Assembly: GCA_031409655.1 (NCBI GenBank)
Contig: JANNXQ010000023.1
Location: 1 to 11,967, forward strand
DNA from: Chthoniobacteraceae bacterium
GTDB lineage: Bacteria > Verrucomicrobiota > Verrucomicrobiia > Chthoniobacterales > Chthoniobacteraceae
Direction: 5' to 3'
DNA: 11,967 nt
Shown piece after piece: positions 1 through 6,732 of this stretch. The position numbers and the translations under genes were made by a program. Position 1 is the first letter of the stretch, and each line of letters begins with the position of its first letter. The notes under the pieces are model-generated. The model was given only the letters and a program-made list of their open reading frames with translations. It was not told the DNA's origin and ran no database searches.

Positions 1-2
1 GC

Positions 3-125
3 CCGGAGCAGCGCGAGCTGCGCCGCCTGCGCGCCGACAACGACTACCTGCGCCAACAGCGTGACATCTTAAAAAAAGCCTTGGGCATCTTGTCGGCCGA
101 GGTGCCCGCCCACGTTTCACGGTGA
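3..125 (+). CDS. IS3-family transposase OrfA, C-terminal part (partial)
   Basis: Manual translation from base 3: PEQRELRRLRADNDYLRQQRDILKKALGILSAEVPAHVSR*. The ELRRLR..N..L...RDILKKA pattern is the typical OrfA leucine-zipper end. Stop TGA at 123-125. Confidence 0.9.
   Translation, partial: PEQRELRRLRADNDYLRQQRDILKKALGILSAEVPAHVSR
71..107 (+). promoter_or_regulatory. Programmed -1 ribosomal frameshift signal
   Basis: A-AAA-AAA at 71-77 in the orfA frame, then 5 nt later a hairpin GGGCATCTTG(83-92)/CGAGGTGCCC(98-107), 10 bp with two G-U pairs. The -1 frame is open from there into orfB. Confidence 0.85.
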
Positions 126-1003
126 TGGAAAAGCTTCGTCAGCAATTTCCGGTGGGCGCGCTGGCCAAGGCGCTCGAGGTCAGCAAAAGCGGCTTTCACG
201 CCCATCGCCACAAGCCGCGCAGGCCTCGGCGCCAGCGCGATGCGGTGCTCGGCCCGCTCATCGCTACGAGCTTTGCGCGCAGCCGCGAGACCTACGGGCC
301 GCTGCGCGTGCGCGCCGATCTGCACGAGCTGGGCGAACGCTGCGGCAAGACCCGCATCGGGCGACTCATGCGCGAAGCCGGCCTGCGTCCGGCCCAAAAG
401 CGCCGCTTTCGTCCCACGACCACCGACAGCCGTCACGCGCACAAGATCGCCGAAAACTGGCTCGCCAAAGTGCCCGCACCCGATCGGCCTGGGATGGTCT
501 GGCAGAGCGATTTTACCTGCATCGAGACTGGCGAAGGCTGGCTCTTTCTCGCCTTCACCCTTGATGGCTGCACCCGCCGCTGCGTGGCTCACCACTGCCG
601 TGATGACATGCGCGTCGAGTTGACCACCACCACCTTCACCCTGGCCACCCACCGCCAGCCGCCACCGCCCGGCCTGCTCCATCACAGCGACCGCGGCGTG
701 CAATACGCCGCCGCCGACTTCGTCGCGCTCGCCGCCGCCTGGGGCGTCACCCGCAGTATGAGCCGCACCGCCAATCCTTACGACAACGCCCTGGCCGAAA
801 GCTTCGTGGCCACGCTCAAGACCGAAGGCCTCCGCGGCCAGATCCCGCCCACCCGCGCCGCCGCCCGTCTCCTGATCTTCGATTGCATCGAAACCTTCTA
901 CAACCCCCACCGCCGCCACAGCGCTCTCGGCTACCGCTCTCCTCTCCAGTTCGAAAAAGAAATGTTCCCCCCGAACCATCCACCTCTAACCTCCACCCAC
1001 TAA
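122..1003 (+). CDS. IS3-family transposase OrfB (HTH + rve DDE integrase core)
   Basis: Motifs TYGPLRV, RLMREAGL, VWQSDFT (D1), HHSDRGVQY (D2), DNALAESFVATLKTE (E), FYNPHRRHSALGYRSP. Confidence 0.95.
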   Translation: MMEKLRQQFPVGALAKALEVSKSGFHAHRHKPRRPRRQRDAVLGPLIATSFARSRETYGPLRVRADLHELGERCGKTRIGRLMREAGLRPAQKRRFRPTTTDSRHAHKIAENWLAKVPAPDRPGMVWQSDFTCIETGEGWLFLAFTLDGCTRRCVAHHCRDDMRVELTTTTFTLATHRQPPPPGLLHHSDRGVQYAAADFVALAAAWGVTRSMSRTANPYDNALAESFVATLKTEGLRGQIPPTRAAARLLIFDCIETFYNPHRRHSALGYRSPLQFEKEMFPPNHPPLTSTH

Positions 1004-1013
1004 CCATTAGCCC

Positions 1014-1038
1014 TGTCCACCTTTTCGAAGACAGATCA
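1014..1038. repeat. IS3 right terminal inverted repeat (partner outside window)
   Basis: Reverse complement TGATCTGTCTTCGAAAAGGTGGACA has the TG..CTG...TGGACA shape of IS3 ends and lies 10 nt after the orfB stop. Confidence 0.75.
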
Positions 1039-1166
1039 GGTTGTGGCCAACGGCACCACGCGCCGGCGACACAACCCCGTTGGGGTTGGGTCCGTTTGGG
1101 AACGCATTTCCCAAGTTAGGCGCTGCGCGCCAACCTTGGGCTGGAAGACGAAACGCCGTTGGCGTT
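1039..1166. repeat. REP/BIME-like palindrome cluster (three hairpins), left part cut by IS3
   Basis: CAACCCC-GTT-GGGGTTG (1072-1088), CCCAAGTTAGGCGC-TGC-GCGCCAACCTTGGG (1110-1140, 12/14 matched), AACGCC-GTT-GGCGTT (1152-1166). GGTTGTG (1039-1045) is inverted relative to CACAACC (1070-1076). Confidence 0.75.
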
Positions 1167-1277
1167 GATGATGCCGCCCTGCAAGAAAGTGAGGGGCGCC
1201 CGCGCAAGGATCACCGGCACAAACATCGTCTTCTTCATAGCGTCATCAGTTGAGCAGTCTGTTGGAAAACTAATCTC

Positions 1278-1387
1278 GGTGGATGGCGTCGCTCCGCGCG
1301 CCATGCCAAATAGGTGCCGGAGGCCCAGCCTTCAGAGTGGCGCTATGCGCAGCAGTAGTCATGGCGCGCGGAGCGACGCCATCCACC
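1278..1387. repeat. REPIN/MITE-like inverted doublet, 28-bp perfect arms, 54-bp spacer
   Basis: GGTGGATGGCGTCGCTCCGCGCGCCATG (1278-1305) and its exact reverse complement (1360-1387). Confidence 0.8.
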
Positions 1388-1530
1388 AAAATCTGATCGG
1401 TGGCATCCGCCGCACCCAGCAGCGCCGGGCTCGGTGTGAGCCACGCGTCGTGGGACGCCGCCAACCGCAGATCGATGGGCATGGGAAGAACCGGCGTGGG
1501 TTTTGAAACACTGCGCTCCGTTTTGAACAA

Positions 1531-2223
1531 CTATGCCAGATCGCTACCCACCACCGACCCTACGCGCGGTGCATCCACCTTGATCGTTCCGGGCCGCAAC
1601 GACTGGAGCGCGGCGATCCGGTCCACCGCGGTCGGCACCGCAGCCTGTGCTTTGGCCTCGGTCATTGCCGCACCCAGGTGAAATACCGAGTCCGCACTTG
1701 CGAACCCCTGCAGCGACGGCGGCGGTGTGGGCAGCGGCGGGATCGTCGGCTGTGGCAGTCCCGCCACCTTCTGCTGCAGGCGCTGCGCGTCCAGGCTGTT
1801 GAGGGAGCCGTCGCCGGTGGTGTCGCCGAGAATGGCGGGGTCGAGCTGCGGGTAGGTGGCAAAGCCGCTGTCCAACCGCGCCACCACGCGCTGGAGCCGC
1901 TGAATGTCGAGTGCGTCGTAGCCTTTGCTGGCGTCCGCGTCCCCGACGTAGGCGTTGACCAATAGGCCGTCATCAGCGCGCACCGCCAGCGCGCCTTGGT
2001 TGATGCTCACATCCTTCAGGTCCAGCACCGTCTTCTGCGTGTACAGAGCTGCCGCACTGGAAGGCACCGCGGCCTGAATGCGCACCAGTTCCAGGGCGGC
2101 AGCGCTGGTGAGTGCCGAGCCGAGGTTGACTGTCACTATCACCCGGCCCGCCTGCGTGAGATCGGTGCCCACAGTGCTGCCCGCGGGCGCACCCGCACCG
2201 AGAGTCACGCCGCTGACGGTTAG
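1531..2223 (-). pseudogene. 3' fragment of a large extracellular protein gene: end of cohesin-like domain plus dockerin-like Ca-binding repeats
   Basis: Translation TVSGVTLG...YVGDADASKGYDALDIQRLQR...ILGDTTGDGSLNSLDAQRLQQKVAG...PTIPPLP has two GDxxxxxxxxxxD loops. It joins in frame to the fragment right of the IS (ALL|TVSG). The first ~58 aa of the listed 1531..2397 ORF are IS antisense sequence. Confidence 0.75.
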
Positions 2224-2340
2224 CCCAAGTTCCGCAGCTCGCGCTGCGGCGGAAAAATCTTTCTCTGTGGCCGCCGGCCGGCGGGATGCGGTCGCTTCTG
2301 GTGGCGGATGGTTTTGGACGATGTAGTGCAGAAGACCCCA

Positions 2341-2369
2341 TTGTCGGGCGGGCGGCGGGGCGGCATTTT
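2341..2369 (+). promoter_or_regulatory. Possible sigma70-type promoter for leaderless transposase mRNA
   Basis: TTGTCG (2341-2346), 17-nt spacer, CATTTT (2364-2369), ATG 5 nt later; no Shine-Dalgarno visible. Confidence 0.4.
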
Positions 2370-2374
2370 TGGGC

Positions 2375-4204
2375 ATGTTTTTACGCCGCCATCGCAAGCG
2401 TTCCGCCGGGGAGACCTACGAGTATTGGACGTTGTGCGAGTCGCGGCGCACGGCGGCGGGGCCGCGTCAGCAGGTGGTGGCGACGCTGGGTAAGCTCACG
2501 GGCGAGGAGCCGCAGGAGGAGGCGGGTTGGGAGCAGCTCGAGGCGCTGCTCGATGGCCAGCCGACGGGGCCGCGCCAGATGCGGCTGGGCGAGCCGGCGG
2601 AAGTCGTGGCGGTGGGGCCGCGCTGGGAGGTGGTGGATGTGCGCGGGGTGCGGGTGGAACGGGCGCGCGATTTCGGCGCGGCGTTTCTGGGGCTGGCGCT
2701 GTGGCGGCGGCTGGGGTTGCACACGCTGCTGGCCGATCTGATCGAGCCGGGCGAGGAGGAGGTGCCGTGGCCGACGGTGGCCGGCGTGCTCGCGGTGGCG
2801 CGCTTTTGCGGGCAGCGTTCGGAGCTGGGCATCGCCGAGCGCTGGTATGCGCACAGCGCGATGGAGGATCTGCTCGGGGTGTCGTGGGCGAAGGTAAACG
2901 ATGACCGCCTTTATCGCGGTCTCGATGTGCTCGCGGCGCACAAGGACCGGCTCTGCGCGCATCTCATGGAGCGTTACCGCAGTTGGTTCGGCGTGCAGTT
3001 CGAGTTCCTGCTCTATGACGTGACGAGCACTTTTTTCGAGTGCCAGGCGGAGCAGAACGACAAGGCCGCGCGCGGCTACTCGCGCGACTCGCGGCCCGAC
3101 TGCAAACAAGTCTGCATCGGCCTGGTCTGCACGCCCGAGGGCCTGCCGCTTTCCTACGAAGTCTTCGCGGGCAATCGCACGGACGTGACGACCGTCGAGG
3201 AGATCGTGCGCACGATGGAGGAAAAATACGGCCAGGCGCAGCGCGTGTGGGTCATGGACCGCGGCATGGTCAGCGAGAAAAACATCGCGTTTTTGCGGGC
3301 GCGCGGCGCGCGGTATCTGGTCGGCACACCGAAGAGCCAGCTCCGGCAGTTCGAGGCCGCGCTTTTGGAAAAGGAAGGCTGGAGCGAAGTGCAGAGCGGC
3401 CTGGAAGCCAAGCTGGTGGCTCATCCCGACGGCGCGGGCGAGGAACAGTTCATCCTCTGCCGCAGCCGCGCGCGCGGACAAAAGGAAGCCGCCATGCTCG
3501 CCCGCCAGAGCGACGCGCTCTGCGCGGAACTTGCCAAGCTCGACCGCGCCCTCGGGCAAAAACCGCAGGGCGATCTCGAAGCCGTCGGCCGGCGCATCGG
3601 CCGCTGGCTGGGCCGTTACCCCGCCGCCGCCAAAGTGCTCGACGTCGTCGTGCGCCACGACGGCGAAAGCCGTGCCTGCGGCCTCACCCTGAGCTGCCCG
3701 CTCGCCCCCGGCCAATGGGCCGCCCACACACAGGGCGCCTACCTTCTCCGCACCAACTGCCCCGAGCGCGACCCCGCCCAACTCTGGCGCTGGTATATCC
3801 AGCTCACCCAGGCCGAAGCCGCCTTCCGCACCGCCAAAAGCGACCTCGGCCTGCGCCCCATCTACCACCAGACCACCGCGCGCGTGGAAGCGCACATCCT
3901 CGTCTGCTTCCTCGCGCTGGCCCTGTGGCGCACCCTGGAGATGTGGATGCACGGCAAAGGCCTCGGCACCTGCGCCCGCCGCCTGGTCGAGGAAATCGCC
4001 ACCCTCAAAAGCATGGACGTGGTGCTCCCCGTGCGCCGTGGCGAACAACTCGCCCAACTGCGCCTGCGCTGCGTCGCGCGCCCCGAACGCCGGGTGGCCG
4101 AACTCCTCGTGCGCCTCGGCCTGGACCTGCCCACCCGCAGCCGCATCGTGGAAGATCTCCCCGCTGCTGCGATGGAAAATGTAGTGCAGAAAAACGACGC
4201 CTGA
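2375..4204 (+). CDS. IS1634-family DDE transposase
   Basis: N-terminal MFLR...YEYWTLCESRR...GPRQ..VATLGKL; LYRGLD; LLYDVTSTFFE (D1); GYSRDSRPDCKQV; VMDRGMVSE (D2); YIQLTQAEAAFRTAKSDLGLRPIYHQ...RVEAHILVCFLA (E region). ATG 2375 is preferred over TTG 2369. Confidence 0.93.
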   Translation: MFLRRHRKRSAGETYEYWTLCESRRTAAGPRQQVVATLGKLTGEEPQEEAGWEQLEALLDGQPTGPRQMRLGEPAEVVAVGPRWEVVDVRGVRVERARDFGAAFLGLALWRRLGLHTLLADLIEPGEEEVPWPTVAGVLAVARFCGQRSELGIAERWYAHSAMEDLLGVSWAKVNDDRLYRGLDVLAAHKDRLCAHLMERYRSWFGVQFEFLLYDVTSTFFECQAEQNDKAARGYSRDSRPDCKQVCIGLVCTPEGLPLSYEVFAGNRTDVTTVEEIVRTMEEKYGQAQRVWVMDRGMVSEKNIAFLRARGARYLVGTPKSQLRQFEAALLEKEGWSEVQSGLEAKLVAHPDGAGEEQFILCRSRARGQKEAAMLARQSDALCAELAKLDRALGQKPQGDLEAVGRRIGRWLGRYPAAAKVLDVVVRHDGESRACGLTLSCPLAPGQWAAHTQGAYLLRTNCPERDPAQLWRWYIQLTQAEAAFRTAKSDLGLRPIYHQTTARVEAHILVCFLALALWRTLEMWMHGKGLGTCARRLVEEIATLKSMDVVLPVRRGEQLAQLRLRCVARPERRVAELLVRLGLDLPTRSRIVEDLPAAAMENVVQKNDA

Positions 4205-4261
4205 GCAACGTGCCTACTCTGATGGCCGCGCCAAAACGGCCCGCGGGCTGCGGAACTTGGG

Positions 4262-4578
4262 TTAGGAGCGCTGAGTTATACGCGAGGGTGAAACTGACCT
4301 TGGTCGTTCCGACCGCGTTGCTGAGGGTCACCGGCAGCCCGCTGGCCACTGGCTGGCTGGTCCACCGGCTGACCCGGTCCGCGGGCGATGTCGGGAATCG
4401 AGAGCAGTGCGCCGCTGGCCGTGACGTTGAAGGTCTGCACATAATTGCAGCCAGCCGCGCCGTCCTGATTCCCGTCGAGTTGCACGCCGTCCACATCCTT
4501 GAAGCCGTCGGCGGCGCTCCGCAGCGTCAGCGTGTACGTTTCGGCGGCCAGCGAGCTGCCGGTCTTCACGAAGCGGAA
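4262..4578 (-). pseudogene. Upstream fragment of the same extracellular protein gene (Ig-like domain end plus start of cohesin-like domain), frameshifted and 5'-truncated
   Basis: [40 protein letters not shown]...[20 protein letters not shown] continues in another frame as [27 protein letters not shown]; one extra base near 4344-4345 explains the shift. No start codon or signal peptide region. Confidence 0.7.
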
Positions 4579-5014
4579 GTCCGGCCATGATGGGGTGCCC
4601 GGCTGCCCGCGTCGTCATCAGGAATTCATGCTGCTGGCCGTGGTGGCCGCCTTTGCCGGGCGACGGGTCCGCGGTCCACTTTCCATCCGTGAGGCGGAGG
4701 TAAGGACCAGACTTTTCCGAGCGCCCGCCCCAGCCGCCGAGACCGATCATCTTATTGTACGCCTTCCATTCCGTGAAGGCATTGTTCGCTGCGTGGACCG
4801 GCACGAAGCCGCCGCCGCCGCGTACGTACTTTTCAAAAGCATCGCGCGTCGCATCGGGCCAGAGCTCGCCATTGTAGTTTGAGACCACCACCTGATACGC
4901 CGCAAAGTCCGGCTTGAAGGTGCTGAGATCCCCGCCTTTCGCGGGCGAAGTGGCCACGTCCACTTTGCAGGGTCCGCCGTCTTCCATGATCTGCTTGAGC
5001 ATCGGCGTGGTGGT
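4574..5014 (-). pseudogene. ThuA-like (class I GATase-like fold) protein, internal fragment
   Basis: [10 protein letters not shown]...[21 protein letters not shown]...[36 protein letters not shown]...HPIMAGLP. The expected N-terminal DGxNNH-W region and the C-terminal half after HPI..GLP are absent. Confidence 0.75.
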
Positions 5015-5247
5015 CGCCGACAGGGCGGGAAGACGATTTTTGAGACCGTGCTGAAGGCACGGCAGGCTTGCGATCACTTCCATTCATGGCAGTAGATTCT
5101 TTTTGGGTAAACGACGATCGCCATTAGTCCGGCATCAGCACCGGATTTCACGGAAGCACCTCAGACCTGCGGCTAGAGAGCGCTTTCCCCGCACCCCGGC
5201 ATTGCCTTTTCCCCGAACCCTGTTCGTATCCCCCGAGCTTTCTCCCT

Positions 5248-6252
5248 ATGTCCACTCCTCTCCCGCAAGACGACGTCGCCGCGATCGATGAACTCCGCCA
5301 AGTCTATGGCCGGCTCACCGGAGAACTGAGCAAGATCATCGTCGGCCAGCAGCAGGTCATCGAACAACTCGCGATCTGCCTTTTCGCCCGCGGCCACGCG
5401 CTGCTCATGGGTGTGCCGGGCCTCGCCAAGACGCTGCTCATCAGTCGCCTCGCGGAGACGATGTCGCTGAGTTTTTCGCGCATTCAATTCACGCCCGACC
5501 TCATGCCGATGGACATCACCGGCACGGACATCCTGCAGGAGCTGCCCGGTGGAAAGCGCGCGTTCGAGTTCGCAAAGGGACCGGTCTTTGCGAACATCGT
5601 GCTCGCGGATGAGATCAATCGCGCGCCTTCCAAGACGCAGGCCGCGATGCTTGAGGCGATGCAGGAACACCGCGTCACCGTCGCCGGGCGGACCTACGTG
5701 CTCGACTCGCCGTTCTTCGTGCTCGCGACGCAGAATCCCATCGAGCAGGAGGGCACGTATCCGCTGCCCGAGGCGCAACTCGATCGGTTCATGTTCATGA
5801 TCGGCGTGGATTATCCGTCGCGGGCCGAGGAAGTGGCCATTGCGCGCAGCACCACGGGCGTGGCGCTGCCCAAGCTCGATCATGTGCTCGACGGCGCGAA
5901 GGTGCTTGGCTTCCAGGATCTCGTCCGCCGCGTGCCGGTGCCGGATCACCTCTATGAATTTGCCGTCGATCTCGCGCGCCGGACACGACCGCTGAGCAGC
6001 GAGGCGCCCGCGTGGCTGAAGCCGCTCGTGAGCTGGGGCGCGGGTCCGCGTGCGGTGCAGTATCTCATCCTCGGCGCGAAAGCGCGGGCGGCCCTGCACG
6101 GCAGTTACATGGTGCGGATGGAGGATGTGATCGCCGTCGCCGATCCGGTGCTGCGGCATCGGGTGATGACCACCTTCACTGCCGAGAGCGAAGGCGTGAG
6201 CAGTCGCGATGTGGCGAAGCGGCTGGTGGAGGAATTGAGCAAGGCGGCGTGA
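5248..6252 (+). CDS. moxR: MoxR-family AAA+ ATPase
   Basis: Walker [24 protein letters not shown], Walker [35 protein letters not shown], lid motif WGAGPRA and VLRHR. Confidence 0.96.
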   Translation: MSTPLPQDDVAAIDELRQVYGRLTGELSKIIVGQQQVIEQLAICLFARGHALLMGVPGLAKTLLISRLAETMSLSFSRIQFTPDLMPMDITGTDILQELPGGKRAFEFAKGPVFANIVLADEINRAPSKTQAAMLEAMQEHRVTVAGRTYVLDSPFFVLATQNPIEQEGTYPLPEAQLDRFMFMIGVDYPSRAEEVAIARSTTGVALPKLDHVLDGAKVLGFQDLVRRVPVPDHLYEFAVDLARRTRPLSSEAPAWLKPLVSWGAGPRAVQYLILGAKARAALHGSYMVRMEDVIAVADPVLRHRVMTTFTAESEGVSSRDVAKRLVEELSKAA

Positions 6253-6260
6253 GCAGAGAA

Positions 6261-6294
<34 letters not shown>

Positions 6295-6297
6295 CAT

Positions 6298-6732
6298 ATG
6301 GGCTCCGCGACGAAGTTCGATCACGAGAAACTGGACGTGTATCAGCTTCAGCTCCGTTTCATCGGATGGGTGTCCGACTTGTTCGAGGAACTGCATACCG
6401 CGAAGCCTCGCCGCGTCGCAGAAACCCTCGACCAACTCGACCGCGCCAGCCTTTCCGTGCTGCTGAATATCGCCGAGGGCAATGGCCGCCGTGGTTCCCA
6501 GCAGCGCGTGCGGTTCTTCGACGACGCGCGCGGGTCTGGAACAGAATGCGCCGCTTGTCTTGATGCGCTCATGGCCAAACGCGCCGCGACGGAGGCGCGC
6601 ATCGCAGAGGGGAAAGCGCTCCTCGTCAGAGTTGTGTCGATGCTGTCGAAACTCATGGAGCGCTTTGGCGGGGAGGACGCTGAAATTTCGAGGACGAGGA
6701 CGAGGACGATTACGAGGACGAGCGCGCCGTGA
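6298..6732 (+). CDS. Four helix bundle protein (23S rRNA intervening-sequence protein family, Avd-like fold)
   Basis: Family motifs FDHEKLDVYQ, DQLDRASLSVLLNIAEGNGR, RFFDDARGSGTECAACLD, and C-terminal helix LLVRVVSMLSKL. The tail SRTRTRTITRTS is encoded by the right repeat arm. Confidence 0.92.
   Translation: MGSATKFDHEKLDVYQLQLRFIGWVSDLFEELHTAKPRRVAETLDQLDRASLSVLLNIAEGNGRRGSQQRVRFFDDARGSGTECAACLDALMAKRAATEARIAEGKALLVRVVSMLSKLMERFGGEDAEISRTRTRTITRTSAP
6688..6721 (+). repeat. Tandem hexamer array TCGA-(GGACGA)3-TTACGA-GGACGA, right arm of inverted pair
   Basis: Its reverse complement matches 6261-6294 at 32 of 34 positions. Confidence 0.97.

Larger units (their letters stand above)
1..1038 (+). 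mobile_element. IS3-family insertion sequence, 5' end outside window
   Basis: orfA C-terminus plus orfB DDE transposase in the -1 frame, A7 slippery site with downstream hairpin, and a right end reading TGTCCACCTTTTCGAAGACAGATCA (ends in CA as IS3 elements do). Confidence 0.93.
2224..4261 (+). mobile_element. IS1634-family insertion sequence, 2038 bp, complete
   Basis: Terminal IRs CCCAAGTTCCGCAGC(T/C)CGCG at 2224-2243 and 4242-4261 (19/20 match), flanked by TTAG at 2220-2223 and 4262-4265, with one long DDE transposase inside. Confidence 0.92.

Noticed and set aside
505..890. Cys in place of the usual Tyr in IS3 motifs (SDFTCI, IFDCIE) as evidence of inactivation
   Set aside because: The catalytic D, D and E are intact and I cannot compare with sibling copies.
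44..979. 311-aa minus-strand ORF
   Set aside because: Antisense shadow of IS3 orfB; the plus strand carries the DDE motifs.
1170..1238. Minus-strand MKKTMFVPVILARAPLTFLQGG, resembling a signal-peptide start
   Set aside because: Too short, runs into the palindrome cluster, no recognisable domain; at most another remnant.
2381..4590. Long alternative ORFs 2381..4057(-) and 3040..4590(+)
   Set aside because: Overlap the IS1634 transposase; Arg/Ala/Pro-rich GC-driven frames with no motifs.
5202..5232. Possible moxR promoter TTGCCT...TATCCC
   Set aside because: 19-nt spacing and a poor -10; not supportable without TSS data.
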